DNA of 64,000 nucleotides, taken from Eledone cirrhosa (lineage: Eukaryota). This document shows positions 1 to 13,435 of the stretch, in pieces. Where the stretch lies: the NCBI GenBank assembly GCA_964016885.1, contig OZ024749.1, positions 14,012,001-14,076,000 of the forward strand. The letters are read 5' to 3'. The notes beneath the pieces were generated by a model. It was not told the origin of the DNA. It saw only the letters and a list, made by a program, of their open reading frames with translations, and made no database searches. The translations under genes were made by a program, and so were the position numbers. Numbering within the stretch: position 1 is the stretch's first letter; each line of letters starts with the position of its first letter.

Positions 1-647
1 TTAACAAGGGACCCCCTTATTTTATAGAAATGAATTCTCCCCTGGACACCCTCCTATAACTGTTCCCCTCCTAGAATGTTACAAAGTAACAATAATAATT
101 AGAATAAAAGACTGGATATCCAATAGTGTGTATGTGTGTATTATGTTTTATAAGAAATTACATGAAAATTTGAACTTAGCTCATAGGTCCCCTATCTCAG
201 TACTATTTTTGTGGACCCTTGTGGATCTATTAACCCTAAGGCAGGACCAGCTAACGTATGTCCTGTGCTTTTCATAGTATGAGTTGTTGTTGTTCAGGAG
301 CCCTTGATATATGATCTATAATATTGTTGTTGATTTTATTGTTGTTTAATCTCAAGTTAGCCAAAACCCTAGCCTTAAGCCTATCATCAAAGTTGTTCCA
401 GCCGTGACCATCTTGTCTTTTTCCTAGATAGGGGATCCAGGACTTCATTATCAACAGGGCCTGTTTTGTTTTTTGGGTGGGGGGAGGGGGGAGGGGGTAA
501 ACAATATTGTGTAATTTAAGGGAAAATTGGCTGCTATTTCTAGCATTATAAAGTGGCCACATAAAGGCAGCTTCCTATGAAGTTTCTTATTCCTTTTATC
601 AATGCTGTTAATGTCAGTTAGCAACACTTGAGATAGTCAAGTGTGTA

Positions 648-1140
648 TAGGTGGTGGTGGTGGTGGTGGTGGTGAATCCATTGTTATTGTTGTTACAGCT
701 ACTATTGTTAGTGTTAGTATTGTTGGTGATGTTGTTAGATCCACTCGAGACATTCTTGTGTTGTTGTTTGAGCATGCTGCACACACATATGTACACACAC
801 ACACGCACACGCACACACACATACACATACACCTCCACTGATATACACATCCACACTATCTCCTTTCTCACCCACCCCAACTTTTCTCCCCTCCTCTTTA
901 TCTTTATCCTTCCCTTCTTTTCTCTCTCTCTCTCTCTCACACATGCAAACATACATATATACATACACAGAGACATATATACATACACAGAGACATACAT
1001 ACACACACAGAGACCTTCATACATACAGACATACATACACAGACATACATACACAGAGACATATATACATACACAGAGACCTTCATACATACACAGACAT
1101 ACATACGCACTTACAGAAAAACATACATACATATACAATG
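648..1140. repeat. Mixed simple repeats (GGT)n, (CA)n, (CT)n, ACAT/ACAG-type
   Basis: Directly visible low-complexity tracts. Confidence 0.85.
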
Positions 1141-1240
1141 AGCATCTACAAATCTTATAAATGACAGTTGACTGAAAGAGCAGGGAGGGGAGGGGTTTAG
1201 TGGCTGAAGTGCCCTCAAATAGGTAGGGGTGACTTGATGC

Positions 1241-1881
1241 GAATACCCTCAAACTAGCAAGGGTGGACTGGATGTAAGTGCCCTCAAACTAGCAAGGGTG
1301 GACTGGATATAACTGCCCTCAAACTAGCAAGGGTGGACTGGATGTAAGTGCCCTCAAACTAGCAAGGGGGGACTGGATATAAGTGCCCTCAAACTAGCAA
1401 GGGGGGACTGGATATAAGTGCCCTCAAACTAGCAAGGGTGGACTGGATATAAGTGCCCTCAAACTAGCAAGGGTGGACTGGATATAAGTGCCCTCAAACT
1501 AGCAAGGGTGGACTGGATATAAGTGCCCTCAAACTAGCAAGGGTGGACTGGATATAAGTGCCCTCAAACTAGCAAGGGTGGACTGGATGTAAGTGCCCTC
1601 AAACTAGCAAGGGTGGACTGTATATAAGTGCCCTCAAACTAGCAAGGGTGGACTGGATATAAGTGCCCTCAAACTAGCAAGGGTGGACTGGATGTAAGTG
1701 CCCTCAAACTAGCAAGGGTGGACTGGATATAAGTGCCCTCAAACTAGCAAGGGTGGACTGTATATAACTGCCCTCAAACTAGCAAGGGTGGACTGGATAT
1801 AACTGCCCTCAAACTAGCAAGGGTGGACTGGATATAACTGCCCTCAAACTAGCAAGGGTGGACTGGATATAAGTACCCTCA
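1241..1881. repeat. 35-bp minisatellite, ~18 copies
   Basis: Unit AAGTGCCCTCAAACTAGCAAGGGTGGACTGGATAT. Confidence 0.95.
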
Positions 1882-1950
1882 AGTGGGACTGAATCCAGGA
1901 TTATGTGACTGTGAAATGAAGACCTTAACCACACAGCCATGCCTGCACCT
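1882..1950 (-). mobile_element. tRNA-like SINE head fragment
   Basis: Minus strand GGCATGGCTGTGTGGTTAAG (A box-like) ... GGATTCAGTCCC (B box-like). Confidence 0.55.
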
Positions 1951-1994
1951 GTATAGAACAACTGTCATATAATGACAGTTGTATGGAATGACAA

Positions 1995-2515
1995 AAGATT
2001 GGCAGTCATTGGTAGAGCTTCGGACACCATGTTTTGTGTCATAGTTATGGCCCTTTACTTTCTGAGTTCAAATCTCGTTGAGGTCGATAAAATAAAGTAC
2101 CAGTAAGGGGTCAATTTAATTGACTTTTCCCTCCTCCAAAATTGTTGGCCTTGTGCCTATATAAGAAATCGTGTGTGGTGAATTGGCAGAATCGGTTGAG
2201 CATCAGACAACATACTTTGCGCCATATAGTTACATCCCTTTATGTTCCAAGTTCAAATCCCACAGACGTTAGCTTTCCTTTGATCTTTACAGGGTCGATA
2301 AAATAAAGTACCAGTCACATACTGGTGTTAATGTAATCGACTTTCTCTTCCCCCAAACATTGTTGGTCTTGTGCCTAAATCAGAAACCATTTTGTGTGGA
2401 ATGACAGCTATTCCAATAAAGTACCAGTAATGTACTTGGATCGATTTAATCAACTCCCCCCGCCCTCCTCTTTCCTTCAAATTGCTGACCTTGTAAGAAT
2501 AAGTAGAAACAATTA
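1995..2515 (+). mobile_element. Cluster of 2-3 diverged tRNA-derived SINE-A copies
   Basis: TGGCAG A box, GTTCAAATC B box, GGTCGATAAAATAAAGTACCAG core and GGCCTTGTGCC..AGAAA tail, repeated at ~1995, ~2175 and ~2410. Confidence 0.8.
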
Positions 2516-2804
2516 TGTGTGGAATAGTTGTGATAATCAGTTGTACCTAGTGTGAAGTTTGAATCCCTGAACAGGGAGTCCCCTTCTGTCTGGTGGTTAT
2601 ATAGCAAAGTGGCAGGGGGGGGGGGAGAGTATGGTACTGTCAGTTGAAAGGGTTGAGGACAAGGCTTTTTCCCCTCTAAGGAGGCCAAGTTCTCAACTTT
2701 TGTTTTCAAGCAGCACTTGTAAAAGGAAGATAAGGTTAAGTAGGAGGACGAGAGGATAGAGTGCTGCCCTTCAGTAAATTTGGTGGAAGATGGAGAGGAG
2801 TGAA

Positions 2805-3200
2805 ATTGGTGGGGGTAGATTGTTGGGGGTAGATTGATGTGGGTAGATTGGTGTGGGTAGATTGGTGGGGGTAGATAGGTGTGGGTAGATTGGTGGGCAT
2901 AGATTGGTGTGGGTAAATTGGTGGGGGTAGATTGGTGTGGGTAGATTGGTGGGGGTAGATTAGTGGGGGTAGATTGGTGGGAGGTAGATGGGTGGGGGTA
3001 GATTGGTGTGGGGTAGATTGGTGTGGGGGTAGACTGGTGGGGATAGATTGGTGGGGGGGATAGGTTGGTGGGGGGGATAGATTGGTGGAGGTAGATTGGT
3101 GTGGGGATAGGTTGGTGGGGGGGGGATAGATTCGGGGGGGGGGGGGGGTAGATTGGTGGGGGTAGATTGGTGGGGATAGATTGGTGGGGTTAGATTGACT
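2805..3200. repeat. G-rich ~15-bp minisatellite (GGTAGATTGGTGGGG), G-quadruplex-prone
   Basis: Visible unit with repeated G runs. Confidence 0.85.
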
Positions 3201-3329
3201 TGGACATTTTAAACCTGGTAGAGTCGTTCCTTCTCTGTCTAAACACAGATGCTTTCTTCCAAAGAACGAAAGAAAGGAGAGAGAAAGAGAGAGAGAGAGA
3301 TTGTGTGTGGTAAAGAAAGAATTACCCGC

Positions 3330-3480
3330 AGTATTTGACTGGCATTTTATTTATTAACCTAGAAAGGATAAAATAGGCAAAGCTGACTTTGGCAGGATTT
3401 GAACGTAGAACACAGTGATCCAAAAGAAATGATTAACATATTTTTAATCAGCGACCCTAACAACTCTACCAATTCACCCC
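3330..3480 (-). mobile_element. Old SINE-A copy
   Basis: Similarity to younger copies (GGCAAAGCTGACTTTGGCAGGATTTGAAC ... TACCAATTCACC). Confidence 0.6.
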
Positions 3481-3536
3481 CGGGAACATTTACAATACAT
3501 TTGTATATAACAAAAATAAATCTCACTCTGGATATT

Positions 3537-3744
3537 TTAACCCTTTATTACCAACCCGGCCAAAACCGGCTCTGGTTCTATGAAATAAAGTCACCCATTT
3601 TAAAAGTTTCCAATTTAAATTAAAATCTTCGAACATAATTTTATAGTAATGAAATAAATAATAATTTTAGTAAATCCCTCAAAATTCTTCCTTAATTAAT
3701 GAAAATAGTGTATTTCATTAGAAATAAGGCCATGACAGGTTTAA
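3537..3744. mobile_element. piggyBac-like MITE, family B
   Basis: TTAA-CCCTTT left end, degenerate right end with TTAA; related sequence in reverse at ~43688-44110 and around 39420-40790. Confidence 0.55.
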
Positions 3745-3767
3745 GCTATAGCCCTGTCACTGTTATA

Positions 3768-4035
3768 GGAGGCGATTTGGCAGAGTAGTTAGAACATTGT
3801 ATATAATTGTTTCTACTTTTGGCACAAGGCCTGCAATTACCCAGTACATTACTGGTACTTTATTTTATCCACCCTCTAAGGATGAAAGGCAAAGTGAATC
3901 TCGGCGGGATTTGAACTCAGACCGTAAAGGGACGTTGGATATAATGCTTTGCTGTATTCATTCTCACTCTCTGCTCCCTGAGATCAACTTTGCCTTTCAT
4001 TCATTTGTGGTTGATAAAAAAATGTACCGGTGCTG
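3768..4035. mobile_element. Nested SINE-A: old + strand copy split by a younger - strand copy (~3804-3933)
   Basis: Head GGCGATTTGGCAGAGTAGTTAG, then an inverted young copy, then the old body resumes with AACTTTGCCTTTCATT..GATAAA. Confidence 0.65.
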
Positions 4036-4440
4036 AATTGTCTACGGTTGGATGCCCTTCCGAACACCAACCACTTTTATAACATGGACAGTCTACTCTT
4101 TGTCGTGGCACCAAAGTGACCATGTGAGAGAGGTTGGTCTGGGTACTTTCTCATCGTGTCAGCTACACGACCACCTTACAGGGTGGACTGTGGGCTTTTT
4201 GGTGTGTCCCCAACACAACCGTTGTACAGAGTGAACTAGGTGCTCTTAATTGATACACCAGCATGAACATCTGACAAGTTGGACTGGGTACTTTTTTTAC
4301 TTATATATAGAATTTTGCAAATAATAAATTTATGAAGATACTCATTTACATAGTGCAGACTTGATGAGCTGGTTTTAATTAGCAGTAGCATTAACACATC
4401 TTCCATGAGGACAAGCTGAAGTCTATATCCAATGATGCCT

Positions 4441-4972
4441 CCAGCCCACACTGTAAAGTGGTCGTGTAGGTGACATGACAAAAAGCACCCAGTCCACACT
4501 GTAAAGTGGTCATGTAGGTGACATGACAAAAAGCACCCAGTTCACACTGTAAAGTGGTCATGTAGGTGACATGACAAAAAGCACCCAGTTCACACTGTAA
4601 AGTGGTCATGTAGGTGACATGACAAAAAGCGCCCTGTCCACTCTGTAAAGTGTTCATGTAGATGTCACGGCAAAAAGCACCCAGCCCACACTGTAAAGTG
4701 GTCATGTAGATGTTGTGACAAAAAGTACCCAGTCCACACTGTAAAATGGTCATGTAAGTGACATGACAAAAAGCACCCTGTCAACTCTGTAAAGTGTTCA
4801 TATAGATGTCACGGCAAAAAGCACCTAGCCCACACTGTAAAGTGGTCATGTAGATGTCATGACAAAAAGTACCCAATCCACACTGTAAAGTGGTTGTGTA
4901 GGTGTCACAACAAAAAGTATCCAGTCTACACTGTAAAGTGGTCGTGTAGATGTCATAACAAAAAGTACCCAT
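4441..4972 (+). repeat. 48-bp minisatellite derived from SINE-B body, ~11 copies
   Basis: Unit AAAAAGCACCCAGTCCACACTGTAAAGTGGTCATGTAGGTGACATGAC; same motif in 1-3 copies inside SINE-B at 5193 and 28490. Confidence 0.9.
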
Positions 4973-5149
4973 AAGTTTTACTGTAGTGTGTGTTTGTTTG
5001 TTTTTCAAATTGTTGTGCTGCCTTGTGTGTGTGTCTGTATGCGAGCGAGAGTGTGTGTGTATATGTATGTATGTATGTACGTGTGTATGTATGTATGCAT
5101 GTAGGTATATGTTTGAGTGTATGTATATATGTATGTTTGTATGTATGTC

Positions 5150-5190
<41 letters not shown>

Positions 5191-5192
5191 CC

Positions 5193-5420
5193 CACTGCAA
5201 AGTGGACGTGTAGGTACGACGGTAAAAAAGCACCCAGCACTCACTGTAAATGAGGTTGGTGTTAGGAATGGCATCCAGCTGTAGAAATCAAGCCAGAATC
5301 GGTTTCCGTATGAGCAAGACAAGGTCAGCCGACCAGACACTGCCTACAACAGGACAACCCGTCTAACCCATGCTAGTGGAAGAACGGACGTAAAACGGTG
5401 GTGATGATGATGATGATGAT
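5193..5420 (+). mobile_element. SINE-B 3' part with RTE-like tail and (GAT)n end
   Basis: GTTGGTGTTAGGAATGGCATCCAGCTGTAGAAA ... AACCCATGCTAGTGGAAGAACGGACGTAAAACG(GAT)n. Confidence 0.8.
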
Positions 5421-5513
5421 ATATATATATATGTCGGTGTGTGAGAGAGTTTGTATGTGTGCCTGTATATGGGTGGTGGTGGTAGTAGTAGCTGTTGTGG
5501 TGGTGATAGTAGC

Positions 5514-5544
<31 letters not shown>

Positions 5545-5821
5545 ACAGTATCAATGAAATCAGTTAACACCCACACAGCTATATTGTTTATCAATTAGGA
5601 CAGTATACTCTGTGTGTATGTGTGTGTTAATGTGTGCGTCTGTATGTCGGTGTGTGCATGTGAGTATGTATGTGTGTATGTGTGTGTGTGTATGTCGGTG
5701 CGTGTGTGTGTGTTATAAATATATATACTATATATACTATATATATATATATTATTTATATGAATCTCTGTGTAGAGATTCCTTCCTCAGTAAACTGGTT
5801 CAATATGGTATGTAACATTGA

Positions 5822-7447
5822 TATCGCAACACCACAATACTGTCACAACACCCCATGTTACAACACTCCATGTTACAACACCACAACACTGTCATAACAC
5901 CCCATGTTACAACACCACAACACCCCATGTCACAACACCTCATGTTACAACACCACATATCACAACACCACAACACCACATATCACAACACCACAACACT
6001 CCATGTCACAACACCAGAACACCACATATCACAACACTCCATGTCACAGCACCACAACACTCCATGTCTCAGCACCACAACACTCCATGCCACAACACCA
6101 CAACACTCCATGTCACAGCACCACAACACTCCATGTCACAGCACCACAACACTCCATGATACAATACCACAACACTCCATGCCACAACACCACAACACTC
6201 CATGCCACAACACCACAACACTCCATGTCACAACACCACAACACTCCATGTCACAACACCACAACACTCCATGCCACAACACCACAACACCACAACACTC
6301 CATGTCTCAGCACCAGAACACCACATATCACAATACCACAACACTCCATGACACAACACCACAACACTCCATGACACAGCACCACAACACTCCATGACAC
6401 AACACCACAACACTCCATGACACAACACCACAACACTCCATGACACAACACCACAACACTCCATGTCACAGCACCACAACACTCCATGTCACAGCACCAC
6501 AACACTCCATGTCACAGCACCACAACACTCCATGGCACAATACCACAACACTCCATGCCACAACACCACAACACTCCATGACACAACACCACAACACTCC
6601 ATGACACAACACCACAACACTCCATGTCACAACACCACAACACTCCATGTCACAGCACCACAACACTCCATGACACAACACCACAACACTCCATGTCACA
6701 ACACCACAACACTCCATGTCACAGCACCACAACACTCCATGTCACAGCACCACAACACTCCATGTCACAGCACCACAACACTCCATGGCACAATACCACA
6801 ACACTCCATGCCACAACACCACAACACTCCATGACACAACACCACAACACTCCATGACACAACACCACAACACTCCATGACACAACACCACAACACTCCA
6901 TGTCACAACACCACAACACTCCATGTCACAGCACCACAACACTCCATGTCACAGCACCACAACACTCCATGACACAGCACCACAACACTCCATGTCACAG
7001 CACCACAACACTCCATGCCACAACACCACAACACTCCATGACACAACACCACAACACTCCATGTCACAACACTCCATGTCACAACACTCCATGTCACAGC
7101 ACCACAACACTCCATGTCACAGCACCACAACACTCCATGACACAACACCACAACACTCCATGGCACAATACCACAACACTCCATGCCACAACACCACAAC
7201 ACTCCATGCCACAACACCACAACACCACAACACTCCATGTCACAACACCACAACACTCCATGTCACAACACCACAACACTCCATGCCACACCACCACAAC
7301 ACCACAACACTCCATGTCTCAGCACCAGAACACCACATATCACAACACCACAACACTCCATGTCACAACACCACAACACTCCATGTCACAGCACCACACC
7401 ACTCCATGTCACAACACCACAACACTCCATGTCACAACACCACAACA
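5822..7447. repeat. 23-bp minisatellite (CACAACACCACAACACTCCATGT), ~70 copies
   Basis: Visible tandem unit. Confidence 0.95.
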
Positions 7448-7738
7448 TAATGATTTAACAGAAAATATATTTAAATTGGATTTTAATTCAACTGTTTATC
7501 TATTGAACAGATTGATGTGAAAATCTGTTGTATCATAGTAAAGACTTTAAATATTAATGTGATGCAGTCATAGTACTGTGTTGTTCTTTTCAAGAATGTC
7601 TTGAATGTAGTTTCATGTGGTTTGTTAATTCAAATGTTTATAGTATCTTTACTAATGTACAGATCATTGTGAATGTTGTTGATGTGATGCAGTCATAGTG
7701 CTGTGTTGTATTTTACAAGAATGTGTTGCTAATAGAGT

Positions 7739-7967
7739 TTAACTCTTTACCATTTACTTTAGTCTAGATTTACTATTGTATTTTCATGGTAAAGTCTTTA
7801 CCTTACATAATTATCTCACATAATATCGAATCTATGAGATTTTGATATTATTTATTTTAAGAACAATTCCTTAACGTCAGTATGAGTGGCCGGTTACTGT
7901 CAGTTTGAACAGAAAGGAGTGAGAGAATTCTGGCCAAATACAGCCGGTTTAAATGTTAAAGGGTTAA
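7739..7967 (+). mobile_element. piggyBac-like MITE, family A, unexpanded copy
   Basis: TTAA flanks, TIR ...TAAATGTTAAAGGG-TTAA; body matches the flanks of the 44500-51729 element. Confidence 0.8.
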
Positions 7968-8269
7968 TTTGGTACAAGACTTAGAGTTAAATCAATGAGT
8001 GTGTTCACTTAAATTAATTATATTTTAACTTACTCTCTGTATTTCAGTCTATTTTCTTTTGCTATCTATCTGTTTTAAACTCTGTTTAAATTATTTATTA
8101 CCTGGTTGGCAATCATCATAATAGAGAATTAGAAATATTTACAGAGGACAGATTGTTTATGAGATGTGGTCAGAGTTCAAAAGAAGAAATATTAAAAGTT
8201 AAAATTTAATGTTGATAATGTTGGAAATGTGTGGGGTTTCATTTGTTACTGGTGTATAAAAAAGTATTC

Positions 8270-9280
8270 AGAATAGTGGTGTATATTATAGTATGTGGAA
8301 TAGTAGTGGGTGTATATATAATATATATAATAGTGGTGTATAAAAAATATGTAGATTAGTGGTGTATATAAAATATGTAGAGTAGTGGTGTATATAAAAG
8401 TATATATAATAGTGGTGTATATATATTGTATATAGAATAGAGGTGTATATATAAATATGTATAATAGTGGTGTATAGATTGTATATATAATAGTGTATAT
8501 ATAGTATATAGAATAGTGTGTATATACAGTGTATAGAATAGTAGTGTATATATAGAATGGTGGTGTATATATATAGTATATAAAATAGTAGTGTATATAT
8601 AGTATATAGAATAGTAGTGTATATATAGTATATACAATAATGGTGTATATATAGCATATATAATAGAGGTGCACATATGGTATTTAGAATAGTGGTGTAT
8701 ATAAAAGTACATATAATAGTGGTGTATATATATAGTATGTAGAATAGTAGTATATATATAGTATATGAAATAGTGGTGTAAATATAGTATGTATAATAGT
8801 GGTGTGTATATAGTATGTATAATAATGGTGTATATATAGTATGTATAATAATGGTGTATATATAGTATGTATAATAGTGGTGTATATATAGTATGTATAA
8901 TAGTGGTGTATATATAGTATGTATAATAGTGGTGTATATATAGTATGTATAATAGTGGTGTATATATAGTATGTATAATAGTGGTGTATATATAGTATGT
9001 ATAATAGTGGTGTATATATAGTATGTATAATAGTGGTGTATATATAGTATGTATAATAGTGGTGTATATATAGTATGTATAATAGTGGTGTATATATAGT
9101 ATGTATAATAGTGGTGTATATATAGTATGTATAATAGTGGTGTATATATAGTATGTATAATAGTGGTGTATATATAGTATGTATAATAGTGGTGTATATA
9201 TAGTATGTATAATAGTGGTGTGTATATAGTATGTATAATAGCGGTGTGCATATAGTATGTATAATAGTGGTGTATATAAA
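8270..9280. repeat. 26-bp AT-rich minisatellite (ATAGTATGTATAATAGTGGTGTATAT)
   Basis: Homogeneous core ~8790-9280 with a degenerate left part. Confidence 0.9.
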
Positions 9281-9474
9281 AGTATATATGTATGTATATA
9301 TATATACACATATATACACACATACACTTGCATATATACATATATAGACACACACATATATATATATACATATATATACTTATATATATATATATATACA
9401 TGTACATATATATACTTATATATATATACATATATACATGTATATATATAGACACACATATATATACATACACA

Positions 9475-9517
<43 letters not shown>

Positions 9518-9608
9518 ACATACTCATCATCATCTTTGTTTAACAATGATGATTATGATATGTGTTTGTGTGTGCGTGCGTGTGTGTGTATATGTATATA
9601 TATGTGTG

Positions 9609-9696
<88 letters not shown>

Positions 9697-9952
9697 GGAG
9701 GTGAGTTTTATTGTAGTACAATAAAGCAATGCAGATATCAGATAAGAAGCACTCTACAGTTTGTAGGACTGGAGTATACATAATAATATATAAGATCAAA
9801 AGATGGTTAAATGAGTTCCATGTATTTTATTATGCGCATTTCAAAAACATATTATATATATATGTGTGTGTGTGTGTATATATATATATGTATATATATA
9901 TATATACACACATATATATATATACATATACACACAAACACATATACACACA

Positions 9953-9993
9953 CATATATCATAATCACATCTCCACTGTTAGGTGCTGTATAA

Positions 9994-10054
<61 letters not shown>

Positions 10055-10102
10055 CACACATTTATACAGCACCTAACAGTGGAGATGTGATTATGATATA
10101 TG
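9953..10102. repeat. Inverted repeat (~48-bp unique arms) centred on (TA)n
   Basis: CATATATCATAATCACATCTCCACTGTTAGGTGCTGTATAAATGTGTG and its reverse complement. Confidence 0.9.
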
Positions 10103-10399
10103 AATATTAAAGACCATTTTGAAGATCTTCATTCTAAAAACACATATCTCAGAATTTGGTGCCAAGTGTCAGAGTTTCTTTGATTTACCATTGATTTACC
10201 ATTGATTTACCATTGATTTATCATTGCTATTCCATATGAATTCTTCAAAACAAGAATTTCAAAAGATCTCATTGCCGGAAGCATTTATATCATGGCTTTG
10301 GATTCTTCCAGAAAATACCTTGAAAATATCCCAAGACTGTAATCTTAAAAATAGATTAAAAGTTAGGATTTATTAGTTATAAGTTAGGGCTTATTGTAC

Positions 10400-10775
10400 A
10401 ACCCATGCTAGCATGGAAAAAAATAGATGTAGAAATTATAATGATGGTGGTGATGATGACAGTGATGGTGGTGATGGTGGTGATGGTGATGGTGATGGTG
10501 GTGATGATGATGATGATGGTGATGACAGTGATGATGATGATGACATGATGACATGATGGTGATGGTGATGGTGATGATGACGATGACTGGTTATGACAGT
10601 GATGACAGTGATGATGGTGATGATGATGACATGATGGTGATGGTGATGGTGATGATGACGATGACTGGTGATGACATTCATGACAGTGATGATGGTGATG
10701 ATGATAGCGATGATGATGACAGTGATAGTAATGGTGGCAATGATCATGATACTGATGGTGATGATGATGGTGGTG
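10400..10775 (+). repeat. RTE/SINE-B tail followed by an expanded (GAT/GGT)n array
   Basis: AACCCATGCTAGCATGGAAAA tail directly precedes the trinucleotide tract. Confidence 0.75.
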
Positions 10776-10970
10776 ATAATAATTGTTTCTATATTTGGCA
10801 CAAGGCCAGCAATTATCCCAGTGCATTACTGGTACTTTATTTTATCGACCCCGTAAGGATGAAAGGCAAAGTCAACCTCGGCAGGATTTGAACTCAGATC
10901 GTAAAGGGACGTAACTATGCTGGAAAGCATGACGTCCGACCCTCTACCGATACTGCCAATCCACCGCCCT
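10776..10970 (-). mobile_element. Young full-length SINE-A
   Basis: Minus: GGGCGGTGGATTGGCAGTATCGG (A box) ... GAGTTCAAATCC (B box) ... GCCTTTCATCCTTACGGGGTCGATAAAATAAAGTACCAG. Confidence 0.9.
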
Positions 10971-11454
10971 TTAATAATAATAATAATGATGGCAATGATG
11001 GTGATGACAGTGATGGTGATGACAGTGATGATGATGACAGCGATAGTAACAATGACAACAATAGTAACAATGACAACAATGACAATAATGATGATGATGA
11101 TGGTGACTTCTTGACAGATTTCTTAAACATGTTGAAACCAGCTTTGCTAGTAAAGCCTACAATTTACTGATCAAAGGTTCATGGAATTTGATAGATTTTG
11201 TATCAATTCTTCACTTGAAGTCTGTTCAACATTTCACACATATAAATAAATAAAAAATCAATCAATCGACAAGTTCCCAGACCTCATTTGATTAGCAAGT
11301 GAGGTGGATGTTGGCAAATTAGACCAGGGGGATTGATGATTCCATTGGTCTTTCCATTGCTGATATTATCTACTGGTAACAACCCCTGGCAGAATATATA
11401 GACATATGTTGTCACAGTCATAGTTTCTCAGGCTGACACAAAGCCAGCTTTTTA

Positions 11455-12075
11455 TAGTGGTAGTAGTAGTGGTGGTAGTAGTGGTGGGTGTAGTCATGGT
11501 GATGGTGGTGATAGTAGTGGTGGGGGGGGTGTAGTCATGGTGGTGGTGGTGGTAGTAGTGGTGGGGAGGGGGGGAGGGGGGTGTAGTCATGGTGGTGGTG
11601 GTGATAGTAGTGGGGGGTAGTGGTGGTGGGGGGGAGTAGTGGTGGTGGTGGTTGTGGTGGTGGTGGGGATGGTAGTAGTGGTGGTAGTGGTGGTGGTAGT
11701 AGTGGTGGTAGTAGTCATGGTGATGGTGGTGATAGTAGTGGTGGTGGGGGGTAGTGGTGGTGGTGGTGATGGTGGGTGTAGTCATGGTGGTGGTGGTAGT
11801 TGTGTGGTGGTGGGATGGTAGTAGTGGTGGTGGTGGTAGTTGTGGTGGTGGGGATGGTAGTAGTGGTGGTAGTGGTGGTGGTAGTAGTAGTTGTGGTAGT
11901 GGTGGTGGGTGTAGTCATGGTGATGGTGGTGATAGTAGTGGTGGTGGTGGTAGTGGTGGGGATGGTAGTAGTGGTGGTGGTGGTGGTGGTGAGGATGGTG
12001 GTGGTCGTAGCGATGGCGGTGGTGGTGTGGGTAGTGGAGGTGGTGGTGGGGGTAGTAGTTGTGGTGGCTGTAGTA
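11455..12075. repeat. (GGT/AGT)n compound microsatellite
   Basis: Visible. Confidence 0.9.
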
Positions 12076-12144
12076 TGAGATGAAAGTCAATTAAATCAAC
12101 CCCAATACTTCTCTAAAATAAAATCTTAAACTCTGTCTTGAACC

Positions 12145-12406
12145 CGAAGGCTCATCCGGCCAGTAGTTATCCCTGGTTTCCATGGCATTAAACAACAGAA
12201 AGTACAATACTCCCCTCTGGACATGACACCAGTCCATCACAGGTTTAAATCCCCAGCTATTACTGGTACTCATTTTCAGCTGAGTATACTGGAGCAATGG
12301 GAAATGAAGTGTTTTGATCAAGAACACAACACTCAACCCAGTCCAGGAGTTAAACCCATGACATAAGGATCATAAGTCCAACACCCTTACCACTAGGCCA
12401 CATGCC
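12145..12406 (-). mobile_element. tRNA-derived SINE-C
   Basis: Minus GGCATGTGGCCTAGTGGTAAGG head, then TGTGTTCTTGATCAAAACACTT and CCTGTGATGGACTGG..TGTCCAG segments; related heads at ~13150, ~28035-28162 (-) and 28321 (+). Confidence 0.7.
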
Positions 12407-12668
12407 TGATTGGAACTTTATTTTACCAACCCCTGAATGGATGGAATGCAAACTTGATATAGGTGGGTTTGAACTTGAGAAATAATGTGCTGGATTCCTA
12501 ATATATGCACAGGAACCACAGATTGACTGCTGTTTGGGATTAGTTCTAAATAAACCATTATCAGACTCTCCAGTTATGGCCATCTCGTCTTTTCAATATC
12601 TAAGATATAAGGTTGTGATTTGAGGAAGATGTAGCTGTTATTTCTAGTATAACAGCTACTACATAGAG

Positions 12669-13027
12669 CAGCGCAGTCACCAACCTTTCGAACCTCACAG
12701 AGCACAAAATTCATAATTATATCCCACGGACCACTAATATGAATTTTTTAAAAAAAATAAATACATTTGTAAAATAATTGTTTCTACTTTTGGCACAAGG
12801 CCAGCAATCATCCCAGTACATTACTAGTACTTTATTTTTAAGGATGAAAGGCAAAGTTAACCTCAGCGGGATTTGAACTCAGATCATAAAGGGAGGTAAC
12901 TCTATGCTTCAAAGCATGGTGTCCGACCCTCTACCAATACTGCCAATCCACTGCCCTCAAAAATTGCAAATAAAGTCCAAATTTTTGGAGCACAAGTGAT
13001 CTGTAGACCACCGGTTGGTGATTGCTG
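12669..13027. mobile_element. hAT (Charlie/Buster-like) MITE containing a SINE-A insertion (12774-12958, -)
   Basis: Termini CAGC..AGTCACCAACC / GGTTGGTGATTGCTG; 8-bp TSD ACATAGAG / ACATACAG. Confidence 0.75.
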
Positions 13028-13435
13028 ACATACAGGAAGGGTAGGTGAATGAAATGATACTTGACTGGTACTATATTTTTTACACTCCAAATGACTGTTA
13101 GTTAAGAAACTCCAGATTGATTAGCTGCTAGATAACCTTTGTAAAGACATTTAGCTTAGTGGTTAGAGAATTGGATTCGAAATTGTGAGGTTGCAAGTTC
13201 AATTCCTGAACTGTGAGATGCATTTTGTCCTTGAGCAAGACACTTTATTTCATGTTCTTCCTTCTGCCAGGAGTTGTGACTGGTAGATAGTATCAGCAAT
13301 GGAAAGATCGAGAACATGGATTCTTTGGTTCGATTTGATGAGTTCTATCTCAATCGGTAAGAAAATGAGGTCTGTGATCTTGTTGATTGATTCCCTAAGA
13401 TAACCGTTGTAGAGTCTGTGTGTGTGTATCATCAC

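Noticed and set aside
10776-10970. tRNA genes suggested by A/B boxes
   Set aside because: Boxes belong to multi-copy SINE heads with no complete cloverleaf
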